From Meyerozyma guilliermondii (taxonomy: Eukaryota): 64,000 bases of DNA. A program made the translations under genes and the position numbers. Location of the stretch: positions 744,001 through 808,000 of the forward strand of contig CP128817.1 of the NCBI GenBank assembly GCA_051546255.1, in the 5' to 3' direction. The stretch's first letter is position 1. Every line of letters starts with the position of its first letter. Below are positions 22,206 through 32,194 of the stretch, piece after piece. Under the pieces are notes generated by a model. The model was not told where the DNA came from and did not search any database. It worked only from the letters and a program-made list of their open reading frames with translations.

Positions 22206-22658
22206 TGCCAAGCCAAACGGGTCGTTTCGGTCGTAAACGGCCGAAATTCGTTAGCCGACAATTACGCACTGTGGGGCAGATATGTTATCTACTTGAATTC
22301 TTGGCGCATTTGGGGACGGTGGTTTCCTGCATCCAAGACGCAAGATTTGACATAATCGTGACTTCCGACTTATCTTCACGGCGAAGTGTATGCAGGAGAT
22401 CCTGAATTCCGATATGCACGGCTGATGGCTGCAACTATAAGAAAGTTGAAAGAACAATTTTTGCACCAACAATAAAAAGAATGCTTCAGATTTGATCACA
22501 GACTAATTTCGGCACTATTTTCCCAAGATTTTCAATAGGTTTCTGTCACTGTAAATGCCCACGTTCGTGACGCTCCTGCAGACAGCATGCGCCAAGGCTG
22601 CAGCTTCTTGGCCCTTCTTGGCTAATTGAATGTTGCGCGAGTGGGGCCGATATAAAAG
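22206..22658. promoter_or_regulatory. ENA promoter: Rim101/PacC sites, Mig1-type GC boxes and TATA box
   Basis: TGCCAAG at 22206; TTCTTGGC (=GCCAAGAA) at 22298, 22605 and 22615; GCCAAG at 22591; GTGGGG at 22271 and 22641; TATAAAAG at 22651. Confidence 0.65.
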
Positions 22659-22929
22659 CTGATGAGTTGCCGTTCGAAATTCATCGGTCCGCGATTGGTT
22701 TTCAAAGTTACAAGACCAATATCGATACTTTTATATTATTTTGCCCAAGTAAGATCCACATTAGATCTATACTAAAGCGTGATATTCAAGCTCTGCAGCT
22801 CCTGATTAATTATTCATTATAGTTGCTGTAGTTATCGGAGAGTACCTTCTCATTTAATAGGAATCTCTGCTAGCTCAAACTATTCCGATAACAGAACATA
22901 TCACTGTTACACTCGTTTAACGCTGCGAA

Positions 22930-22963
22930 GTTCCTAACCTTGCTACGTTCCTAACCTTGCTAT
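22930..22963 (+). repeat. 17-bp direct tandem duplication GTTCCTAACCTTGCTA(C/T) in the ENA leader
   Basis: Copies at 22930-22946 and 22947-22963. Confidence 0.9.
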
Positions 22964-22984
22964 CAATCACACATATCTAGCATT

Positions 22985-25900
22985 ATGGATTCTTCTTCCA
23001 ATTCTTCCAAAACGTCCAAAATTTCAGAAAAAAGAAGCACCCGCAGAATCAACACGGAGGACACCTCGTCTGGCCCCAATGATGGCTCTCTTGCATATCG
23101 TTTGACCATTGCTCAGGTGCTTGACAAATATAAGACCCTGCGTGATGGTCTTTCGCTGGCTAGAGCAAAGGAGATTATTGACTCTGTCGGTCCGAACTCG
23201 CTTGGTGACGATGCCAAGATCTCGTACTCCAAGATCGTGGCTCATCAGGTGTTCAACGCTATGATCTTGGTGTTGATCATTTCCATGATTATAGCACTTG
23301 CAATCCAAGATTGGATTTCTGGTGGAGTCATTGGATTCGTCGTCCTTATCAATATTGGAGTTGGTTTTGTCCAGGAAGTCAAAGCTGAGAAAACGATGGG
23401 CTCTTTGAGATCCTTGAGTTCTCCCACCGCAAGAGTCACCAGAGATGGCGACGATCAGACCATTCCTGCTCAGGAAGTGGTTCCTGGTGATATTGTCCAC
23501 ATTAAGGTAGGTGACACCGTTCCTGCTGACCTTAGACTCATAGAAAGCATGAATCTTGAAGCCGACGAGGCTCTTCTCACTGGTGAATCTTTGCCTGTCC
23601 AAAAGGACGAAAATGAAGTATATGCTGATCCTACCGTTCCGATTCCCGTTGGTGACCGTCTCAATTTGGCATACAGTTCGTCTGTTGTTTCCAAAGGTAG
23701 AGGAACAGGTGTCGCCATTGGCACAGGCCTCGATACCGAAATCGGAAAGATCGCTCTGTCTTTGAGAGGCAACAATTCTCTCATAAGAAAAGTTGAAAAG
23801 AGTGAAGACCATTCTCCCAAGAAGCGTGAATATGCCCATGCATTTTTTGGTACCATCAAGGACGTTGTGTGCAACATTTTGGGTACCAATACTGGTACAC
23901 CTCTTCAGCGGAAGCTTTCGTGGCTCGCTATCTTTTTATTCTGGGTGGCTGTTGTGTTTGCTATTGTGGTGATGGGATCCCAGAAGATGCACGTCAACAA
24001 AGAAGTTGCGATTTATGCTATTTGTGTGGCATTATCTATGATTCCTTCTGCATTGATTGTGGTCTTGACCATTACCATGGCTGTTGGAGCTCAGGTGATG
24101 GTGATGAAAAATGTCATTGTCAGAAAGCTCGACTCGTTGGAAGCCCTTGGAGGTGTCAATGATATTTGTTCTGACAAAACTGGTACTTTGACTCAGGGAA
24201 AGATGATTGCCAAGAAGGTATGGATTCCAAACATTGGAACTTACTCTGTTGAAAACTCGAATGAAGCCTTCAATCCCACCGTTGGAGACATCACCTTTGC
24301 TGATCGCAGTCCTTACTACGTTAAAGAGACCGATGAAGAAATTGACTTCACTCCAAACGTACCTGAAATGCCCAGGAATTACCGCAATTGGCTCTACACT
24401 GCTTCCTTGGCCAACATTGCTACCGTGAATCAATCCAAAGATGAAGAAAGTGGAGAACTTGTGTGGAAAGCTCATGGAGATGCCACAGAAATCGCCATTC
24501 AAGTTTACGCTTCTAGAGCCAACTTTGGCAGAGAACAACTCGCTGAAAACTACGAGCACCTTGCCGAATTTCCTTTCGATTCTTCTATCAAAAGAATGTC
24601 GGCGGTTTACAAACAAAACGACACTCAGACCACCAGAGTTTACACCAAAGGTGCTGTAGAAAGAGTGTTGGCTTGTTGTACCCACTGGTTGGGCCATAGT
24701 GATGAATCTGACAAGAACGATTTTGATAACCAAAAACCTGTTGAGTTGACAAAATCCGATATTGAGTTTATTGAGGAAAACATGAATGCTTTGTCTTCTC
24801 AAGGATTGCGAGTATTGGCATTTGCAGTCAATGATATCACTGGAGAAAACGTTGATCTTTCTGAAAGAGAAAATGTTGAAAAGAATTTGACGTTCCAAGG
24901 TTTGATTGGAATTTATGATCCTCCACGTACCGAAACTGCCCACTCGGTCAAATTGTGTCATAAGGCAGGTGTCAATGTTCATATGTTGACAGGTGATCAT
25001 CCAGGAACTGCCAAGGCCATTGCACAAGAAGTTGGTATTATTCCACGTAACTTGTACCACTACAGTGAAGAAGTGGTTAAAGCCATGTGTATGACTGCAA
25101 GTGAATTCGATGCTCTTAGTGATGCGGATATCGACAACTTGCCAGTTCTTCCATTGGTTATTGCTCGTTGTGCTCCTCAAACCAAGGTTAGAATGATAGA
25201 AGCTCTTCACAGAAGAGAAAAGTTTGTTGCAATGACAGGTGACGGTGTCAATGATTCTCCGTCATTAAAAAAGGCTGATGTTGGAATCGCCATGGGACTT
25301 AACGGATCAGATGTCGCTAAGGATGCTTCTGATATTGTTTTGACCGATGACAATTTTGCTTCCATCTTGAATGCTATTGAGGAGGGCAGAAGAATGTCTG
25401 CAAACATTCAGAAATTTGTTTTGCAATTGTTGGCGGAAAACGTTGCACAAGCGTTTTATTTGATGATCGGTTTGGCCTTTATGGACAAATCTGGATATTC
25501 CGTCTTTCCGTTGTCTCCCGTCGAAGTGTTGTGGATTTTGGTGGTCACTTCTTGTTTCCCAGCCATGGGTTTGGGTCAAGAAAAGGCATCGGAAGATATT
25601 CTTGACCAGCCTCCAAACAACACAATTTTCACATACGAGGTGATTGGCGATATGGTGGCCTATGGATTCTGGATGTCGTGTTGCTGTCTTCTTTGTTTCG
25701 TTGTTATCGTGTTTGGCAAGGGTGATGGATACTTGGGAGAGAATTGTAATTCCACCAGTGCCGACAAGCATGTCTGTGAGTTGGTCTTTAAGGGAAGATC
25801 TGCTTCGTTTGCTAACATGACTTGGTGTGCTTTGATTTTGGCTTGGGAATGTATCCATCCAGTCAACTCGCTCTTTTACATGAGACAAGATACCGACAAC

Positions 25901-26245
25901 CCATGGTGGAAACAAACGGCTATTGACTTGTGGGATAACCAGTTTTTATTCTGGTCTATCATTGGAGGTTTTGTGTCGGTGTTCCCAGTTGTCTACATTC
26001 CTGTCATTAACGACAAGGTGTTCTTGCATGGTCCCATTGGATACGAATGGGGTGTGGCCATAGGTTGTTCCGTTTTGTTCCTCTTGGGAGCTGAAGGTTG
26101 GAAGTGGATTAAACGGATCTACAAGCGCAAGAAGGCCAAGAAGGCCAAGAACCCTGAACATGACTTGGAAAGAAACGACCCATTCCAGAAGTATGCTTCT
26201 TTCTCCAGATCGAACACCATGGACAAGACCGATTACGTTGTGTAA
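22985..26245 (+). CDS. ENA1: P-type IID Na+/K+-exporting ATPase (ENA family)
   Basis: TGES, CSDKTGTLT, MLTGD and GDGVNDSPSLK motifs; ENA-typical LLAENVAQ and multiple TM helices. The exact ENA paralogue is uncertain. Confidence 0.93.
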   Translation: MDSSSNSSKTSKISEKRSTRRINTEDTSSGPNDGSLAYRLTIAQVLDKYKTLRDGLSLARAKEIIDSVGPNSLGDDAKISYSKIVAHQVFNAMILVLIISMIIALAIQDWISGGVIGFVVLINIGVGFVQEVKAEKTMGSLRSLSSPTARVTRDGDDQTIPAQEVVPGDIVHIKVGDTVPADLRLIESMNLEADEALLTGESLPVQKDENEVYADPTVPIPVGDRLNLAYSSSVVSKGRGTGVAIGTGLDTEIGKIALSLRGNNSLIRKVEKSEDHSPKKREYAHAFFGTIKDVVCNILGTNTGTPLQRKLSWLAIFLFWVAVVFAIVVMGSQKMHVNKEVAIYAICVALSMIPSALIVVLTITMAVGAQVMVMKNVIVRKLDSLEALGGVNDICSDKTGTLTQGKMIAKKVWIPNIGTYSVENSNEAFNPTVGDITFADRSPYYVKETDEEIDFTPNVPEMPRNYRNWLYTASLANIATVNQSKDEESGELVWKAHGDATEIAIQVYASRANFGREQLAENYEHLAEFPFDSSIKRMSAVYKQNDTQTTRVYTKGAVERVLACCTHWLGHSDESDKNDFDNQKPVELTKSDIEFIEENMNALSSQGLRVLAFAVNDITGENVDLSERENVEKNLTFQGLIGIYDPPRTETAHSVKLCHKAGVNVHMLTGDHPGTAKAIAQEVGIIPRNLYHYSEEVVKAMCMTASEFDALSDADIDNLPVLPLVIARCAPQTKVRMIEALHRREKFVAMTGDGVNDSPSLKKADVGIAMGLNGSDVAKDASDIVLTDDNFASILNAIEEGRRMSANIQKFVLQLLAENVAQAFYLMIGLAFMDKSGYSVFPLSPVEVLWILVVTSCFPAMGLGQEKASEDILDQPPNNTIFTYEVIGDMVAYGFWMSCCCLLCFVVIVFGKGDGYLGENCNSTSADKHVCELVFKGRSASFANMTWCALILAWECIHPVNSLFYMRQDTDNPWWKQTAIDLWDNQFLFWSIIGGFVSVFPVVYIPVINDKVFLHGPIGYEWGVAIGCSVLFLLGAEGWKWIKRIYKRKKAKKAKNPEHDLERNDPFQKYASFSRSNTMDKTDYVV

Positions 26246-26354
26246 TAATAGATGCTATTGATAAGTTATTTCTACTACTATTTCTGCTACTGTATCTGTT
26301 TCTATTCTAGTCTAATTATATCAGTCTCTCTCGTCTATTTTTAATCAGTGTCTC

Positions 26355-27023
26355 TCACCGTAACGCTTGCTCCTTTACCTCAAATTGGGCACCTAAATGG
26401 TCAGTATTGCCAAATATCTGTATCTTTCCGTTTTTTGTCCCCTTGTTGATATCTATAACAGTTACTGATGTGTTATAAGGTACTTTTAGCTTTTCTCGGG
26501 TCAAACCCTCACCCAATGAATAGCCTTTTTTATCATGTAAGTAATTGACAAAAGTTGTAATTACACCTCCGTGGGTGCAAACAGCTACATTCAAGCATTG
26601 CTGCTGCTTGAGTATCAAGTTCCATTCCTGTTCTACCCGGCTGATAAACTGTTCGGGTTGTTCTCCCATATTTCGGAAATTATCTCCATACTTCTCTCTA
26701 GCATCTTTCAAATACATGCCTTGAACTTCACCCATGTCTCGTTCTCTCAAGTTGCTGGTAATCTTTGGTTCAACTTCGTGGTGGGAAAGAAACGGCTTGA
26801 TAGTGTTCTGACACCGAATCAAGTCTGAAGAAACCAAATAATCAATCTTGATGTTTTCGAAAGTGTTCGCAACTAACTGTGCTTGTTCTCTACCAGTATC
26901 GTTGATATCGATGTCTAGGTGACCCTGAAGGATTTTCTGCACGTTGTGGTCTGTCTGGCCATGTCTGACTATGAACACCCGGAGCACCTCGGGGTTTATA
27001 TTTTCTGCAATTTGCACTGTCAT
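26355..27023 (-). CDS. Histidine phosphatase / phosphoglycerate-mutase family (YOR283W-like)
   Basis: RHGQT motif, SSDLIRC, LRER, THGG. Probable start is ATG 27023; an in-frame ATG at 27071 is an alternative. Confidence 0.88.
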   Translation of the reverse strand: MTVQIAENINPEVLRVFIVRHGQTDHNVQKILQGHLDIDINDTGREQAQLVANTFENIKIDYLVSSDLIRCQNTIKPFLSHHEVEPKITSNLRERDMGEVQGMYLKDAREKYGDNFRNMGEQPEQFISRVEQEWNLILKQQQCLNVAVCTHGGVITTFVNYLHDKKGYSLGEGLTREKLKVPYNTSVTVIDINKGTKNGKIQIFGNTDHLGAQFEVKEQALR

Positions 27024-27098
27024 TATCTTGAAAAAAGATAAAAGATTTGGTGAGAAAAGATAAGGATGCATAATAATTTACGATGACTTTTTAATTTT

Positions 27099-28037
27099 CT
27101 AGCCAGCCCGAGTCCTCAATGCCTTGAGTACCTCCGATTTTATCTTGTAGCCGTGTTCGTCTGGGTTGGGAAACGATGAATCTTTCACCTCGGCGATATA
27201 CTGCTTTACACTATCGACAGACTGGTCGTAAATATTCCCATATGATTTCACAAACTTGGCTTTCTTGTGGTCAGGACTCAACATGCCCAACATGTCGGCG
27301 TACACCAATACTTGACCAGAGCACTTGGGACCAGCTCCGATCCCGATGGTGGGAATTGAGAGTTTTTCAGTGATGAGCTCAGCTAGCTTATTGGGCATAC
27401 ATTCCAACACAATTGAGAACGCACCCGCTTCTTGTAGAGCTAGACAATCTTCGTAGATGCTCCATGATGACTCGGTACTATTTCCCTGTAATTTATAGCC
27501 TCCCAACGCATGATACTTTTGTGGGGTTAATCCGACATGGCCCATAACTGGTATACCGATGTCTACGACACTTTTAATCTTTGCGGCAACGTTACGTCCG
27601 CCTTCAATCTTAACCCCTTGGACCCCACCTCGCTTTACCATATCAATTGACGTGGCAATTGCTTGTTCTGTAGACAATTCGCTGGACCCAAATGGCACAT
27701 CGGCCACTACCATTGCAGTATTATTTCCCCTATTAACTGCCTTGATATGGTACAAAAACTCCTCATACGGTATTTCGTTGGTGTCATTGTACCCAAGCGC
27801 CACCATTGCAAGAGAATCACCCACAAGGGTAATATCTGCATTTGCAGCTTCGCAGACCTGAGCACTAATATAGTCATAGGCAGTAACCATTGCTATGGGT
27901 TGCTTTGTTTCGTATAGCTGCTTAATATCGGCTAATGTCTTTCTTGTATTGTGCCCATGTGCCGACCTGAGGGTCGAAAACGTCGAAAAATGGCGTATTT
28001 TACCCACCCATGTTGCAGCCTTTCGGTACGAAATCAT
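27099..28037 (-). CDS. ECM31: Ketopantoate hydroxymethyltransferase (PanB), mitochondrial
   Basis: TAYD, LVGDSL, VKIEGG, GHVGLTPQ, IGIGAG...GQVLV; Arg/Ser-rich presequence from ATG 28037. Confidence 0.95.
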   Translation of the reverse strand: MISYRKAATWVGKIRHFSTFSTLRSAHGHNTRKTLADIKQLYETKQPIAMVTAYDYISAQVCEAANADITLVGDSLAMVALGYNDTNEIPYEEFLYHIKAVNRGNNTAMVVADVPFGSSELSTEQAIATSIDMVKRGGVQGVKIEGGRNVAAKIKSVVDIGIPVMGHVGLTPQKYHALGGYKLQGNSTESSWSIYEDCLALQEAGAFSIVLECMPNKLAELITEKLSIPTIGIGAGPKCSGQVLVYADMLGMLSPDHKKAKFVKSYGNIYDQSVDSVKQYIAEVKDSSFPNPDEHGYKIKSEVLKALRTRAG

Positions 28038-28329
28038 GCTGCAGATTCTCACCTCGGAGAATTTATAAAGTAGTGGTGCACGGGTGGACACTGGCTGGGA
28101 ACGAGATAGCGAAATCAGAGTCGGTCAGAAATAATGAAAGATCACAAAGATCACTAAGAAAGCAACCAGAACTCAATCTAACAAATTCTGAGCTAGTTTT
28201 CCCTCGAAATGAATTCACAGCAATTTACGAATTATCGGCAATACTTTCATTTCTTAGCCGATTTTTCTTCTCGTTTCCGCGCAGTCCGCGCCGTTGGGTT
28301 GCAGCTGCACACTATTTAGGCGCACCAGA

Positions 28330-29337
28330 ATGAGAATTGCTTTCCGCAGATTCACCACTTTCTCTCCCATTAGGATGCCTCACATTGACTCGAGTTTTTT
28401 ATTGAACCACACCTGCTTGAGGATCAAGGATCCAAAGGTTTCGGTTCCATTCTACACCAAGCACTTTGGAATGAGTTTGGTGAAAAAATTGGACAATCCA
28501 GATTCTAAATTTACTCTCTACATGATGGCAATTGAGGCTGGAGACAACAAGGGAAAGCCATGGACCGAGCGTGATGGCGTGCTTGAATTGTGCCATAACT
28601 ATGGTACCGAAAATGATGACAATTTTTCCGTGAACAATGGTAATGGCAGTGAACATCGAGGATTCGGTCACATTTGTTTTTCTGTAGACAACCTTGAGGC
28701 CACTGAAAAGGAACTTTTGGACAACGATGTCAAGTTTCAGAAGAAAACGGCCGACGGAAGACAGAAAAACATTGCTTTTGCATTGGATCCAGATGGATAC
28801 TGGATTGAATTGATTGAAAACGGAACCAACAAGAAACCAGATTGCACTGATAAGTCCACCTACAAGTTCAATCATACCATGGTTCGTGTCAAAGATGCTC
28901 AAAAGTCGCTTGAATTCTACACCAAAGTACTTGGTATGGATCTTATCTCAACCTCGGTCCACGAGGGTGCAAAATTCACCTTGTACTTTTTGGCCTACAC
29001 AAAAGATCCAAACTTCAAGCAAGAACTGGAAGAAAGGTCTCAGCAAGTTCTCAGACAAGGAATCTTGGAACTTACTCACAATTGGGGAACAGAATCCGAT
29101 GACTCGTTCCAAGGTTACCATAATGGAAACAGCACCGAAAACGGCGCCAAAACTGGTTACGGCCATATTGCCATTACCTGCGATGATGCAGCCAAATTCT
29201 GCTCTGAAATTGAGGAGGCATTGGGTGGTAATGACGAACAATGGCAGGTAAAATTCAACCAGGGCAGAATGAAAAATTTGGCATTTATCAGGGACCCCGA
29301 TAACTACTGGATTGAAATTCTTCCATCCAAGTTTTAG
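28330..29337 (+). CDS. GLO1: Lactoylglutathione lyase (glyoxalase I), two-domain monomeric type
   Basis: Duplicated NHT.LR / LEL.HN.G / GFGHI / DPD.YWIE motifs; in-frame ATGs at 28330 and 28375. Confidence 0.95.
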   Translation: MRIAFRRFTTFSPIRMPHIDSSFLLNHTCLRIKDPKVSVPFYTKHFGMSLVKKLDNPDSKFTLYMMAIEAGDNKGKPWTERDGVLELCHNYGTENDDNFSVNNGNGSEHRGFGHICFSVDNLEATEKELLDNDVKFQKKTADGRQKNIAFALDPDGYWIELIENGTNKKPDCTDKSTYKFNHTMVRVKDAQKSLEFYTKVLGMDLISTSVHEGAKFTLYFLAYTKDPNFKQELEERSQQVLRQGILELTHNWGTESDDSFQGYHNGNSTENGAKTGYGHIAITCDDAAKFCSEIEEALGGNDEQWQVKFNQGRMKNLAFIRDPDNYWIEILPSKF

Positions 29338-29441
29338 TAGTTCATCTTCTTAGCCGCTTAGCGTAATTTGCACCTTTATAGCTTTTACATCAATACACCA
29401 TTCACTATATTATTTCCCCTGCAGATTGACTTGCCACCACT

Positions 29442-30935
29442 ATGACCATCAGTAAGTAGACACTTTCATTTTGTAGAAGCATGTTCACTAATACAGTTTC
29501 GATCAAAAATTCGGGCAAAGTATATGAGATAGACGTGGATTCGAGCACCTCAGGCTCCCAATTCAAGGAGAAGATTTTCGGAATCACAAACATTCCCGTT
29601 GATAGACAAAAAATCTTGATTAAAGGAGGCAAAATCGATGATTCTAAGCCAATAGAAGAGCAGGTTTCGAGCCAGAAACAACCAATTATGGTACTTGGAA
29701 ACCCTGCTCCGGCTGTGCCTTCAGAGCCTGTTGAAAAGCAAGTTTTTCTCGAAGATTTGAACCCAAATCTGTTGATAAAAGTGTCCAATGAGCCATCAGG
29801 ATTGGTTAATTTGGGAAATACATGCTACTTAAACTCATCTTTACAAGCGTTGTTTCAAATTGATGATATTGCGAGCAAGGTGGCGAATTACAAGTCTCCA
29901 AATGGGATAAACAGCACATCCAACGAATCGTTGACCGCGTCTTTGCGGGCAACATTCGACCAAATGCAGAAAAAGCAGGAAAGGGTGAATCCTATGTTGT
30001 TTCTCACGTTGTTTCGTAACGTCTTTCCTCAGTTTGCAGAACAAGATCATGGTTTCTACAAGCAGCAAGATGCTGAGGAAGCCTTCCTGCAACTTTTGAC
30101 AATTCTAGACCAAACGTTAAAGGTGGGTGACAACTTCCGGTTGTCTTATAAGAAGGAACAGAAATGTTTGGCGCTTCCTGATGAAGCCGCCACGGTAGAT
30201 TACGAAGATTCGTTGAAATTGAATTGTCATATTGACATCAAAACTAACTTTTTGAGAGATGGCATTTTGAGTGGGTTGAAGGAAACAATCGAAAAATATA
30301 ACGATACTTTACAGTCTAATACCGAGTACGAGATCTCTCGTACAATCACCAGACTTCCCAAGTATCTCACTGTTCATTTCATGCGATTCTTCTGGAGGAG
30401 GGACACGCAGAAGAAATCCAAGATCTTGAGACGAGTTCAGTTCCCTTTCGAACTCGATTTGGCCGAGATGTTGGATTCTTCGATAAAGAATGATAAAGTT
30501 GCCGTCCGTGATAAAATCAGGCAAATAGAAAAGGACCAAGACGAGTTAATAAGAGATTTCAAAAAGTCCAAGAAGTCGTCTGGGCTCAATCCTACAGAGC
30601 AAGAGGAAGAAGACCAGATGAAGATAGAGTCAATCAAGTCCAAGTTCAGAGATGACCTTTCTTCAGCATTACCAGGAATGTCGCTTGATTCCACAACCGA
30701 GAACCCATCATCGGTGTATCAGCTTGGGGCAGTTATCACCCATGCTGGGTCATCGGCGGATTCTGGACATTACCAAGCATATGTAAGAGATCCTAAGGAT
30801 ATTGAAGGCATCAGATGGTGGAAGTTCAATGACGACAAAGTATCTGAGGTGAGTAGAGAAAAGGTGGAGACATTGGCCGGAGGCGGCGAGGCAGACAGTG
30901 CATTGATCCTCATATACAAAGGTGTCGGTCTTTAA
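29442..30935 (+). CDS. UBP6: Proteasome-associated deubiquitinase; probably spliced as join(29442..29451,29497..30935)
   Basis: UBL domain, GLVNLGNTCYLNS Cys box, QQDAEE, SGHY His box. Intron 29452-29496 has GTAAGT...CACTAAT-ACAG, giving MTIISIKNSGKVY. Rpn4-like TTGCCACC at 29431. Confidence 0.93.
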
Positions 30936-30985
30936 GTTAACGTAACTATAAATATTGTTAGCCTATGTATTTATACAACCTTGTT

Positions 30986-31634
30986 CTACAACTCGTTGGC
31001 GAGTTTGCGGAATTGCTGCACCTCATCCCAGCAATTTAAACTTCTTCCTTCATTGTCACGTAAACACTTGATCACTTGTTCTCTAGCCGAATTGAATTCA
31101 TCGCTCGTTTGCACCTTGGCCTTGGAAATGTTGTCTTTCAATCTTTTGGTCAAATCGGCAATTTTGTCATTAGCACCAGATACAGATGTTCCTTCGTATG
31201 AGCTCGTTTCTAACGATTCTTCGGTTGTTTCTTTAAATTTTTTCAATGTTTCTCTTTCTAACTTGGCCAATTCTGCCGCTACACGGTCCTGGATGTATTT
31301 TTCTGTGTGTTGAGCTCGAGAGTAGTCGGACTGAGTTAGTAGTGAATTGGTTTTGGTGGAAAAAAAAAAGAGAAAAATAAAGGGTATCAACTCCTATGGA
31401 TATCAATTAGAGTTGTAAAGACCAAAAACTCCATAAAAAGGTTTAAGCTCATTTAAAAGCAACAATAATCCAAGACTGATTTTCGATATTTCAATATTCT
31501 TCTCCCTCTCCCTCCAAGCAATTTATACCTACCTGTGTCAGCCCCTCCAACTGCGACAAGAAGGAGGCACTGAAATCAATCGGTGTGGATGGCGTGAACA
31601 CCTTGGTCTCCGACTTGGATGCACTGTTTCCCAT
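30986..31634 (-). CDS. MIC19: MICOS subunit Mic19; spliced, exons 31634..31533 and 31330..30986
   Basis: Exon 1 reads [31 protein letters not shown](S)TQ, with a myristoylation-type start. Intron 31331-31532 is GTAGGT...TACTAAC-TCAG. Exon 2 reads SDYSRAQ...[16 protein letters not shown] (Cx10C). Confidence 0.9.
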
Positions 31635-31749
31635 CGTTACTCTAGCACGACGAGACCAAAATCGCACTTTCTACTGGAGAACCGGGGCGTGCGCGTACCG
31701 CCGAATTTTCGGGGTAAAACCAAGTGATTTTGCACCGTTTCGTCGTACT

Positions 31750-32067
31750 ATGCCACCCGTCCAACAGTATCAATATGCTCAGCATCAGCCCTCCAATTTC
31801 GACAAGTTCAAGATGGGCGCACTTATGGGGTCTACCGTAGGAGTTTGTGTGGGTGTTTTATTCGGAGGATTTTCCATTTTGCAAAATGGCGCTGGTCCAA
31901 ATGGTGTCATGAGAACGCTAGGACAGTATATAATGGGTTCTGTGGGCACGTTTGGTCTATTTATGTCTATAGGATCGGTGATTCGTTCTGATACGGGGTT
32001 CCAGGCATATCAAAGAGCCATGTTGCAGTCACAAAGAACGACATTGAAGGTGGTGAACAGAGATTGA
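31750..32067 (+). CDS. MGR2: TIM23 subunit Mgr2 / Romo1
   Basis: [11 protein letters not shown]...[17 protein letters not shown] at 31750. Confidence 0.93.
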   Translation: MPPVQQYQYAQHQPSNFDKFKMGALMGSTVGVCVGVLFGGFSILQNGAGPNGVMRTLGQYIMGSVGTFGLFMSIGSVIRSDTGFQAYQRAMLQSQRTTLKVVNRD

Positions 32068-32194
32068 GGAAAAAGTTGCACATAGTAAATAGTAATACAG
32101 GAGAAGGGAGGTGGACTGTAAATGACAAATTTGTGGTTTATCATGATTGTGGTGTCTGCAGTTTAGTCTGCGACATGAATAAATATCGTAGCTA

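Noticed and set aside
19715..22984. Centromere or LTR remnant in the long intergenic region
   Set aside because: No strong AT enrichment, long inverted repeats, TG...CA LTR pair or retroelement coding remnants were seen.
23024..25915. Long antisense ORFs (271, 392 and 202 aa) opposite ENA
   Set aside because: They lie entirely inside a conserved gene, have no recognisable motifs, and are an expected shadow of biased codon usage.
31331..31390. Track N-terminus [13 protein letters not shown] of the 134-aa ORF as a signal peptide
   Set aside because: It is intron sequence of MIC19; the true exon 1 lies at 31533-31634.
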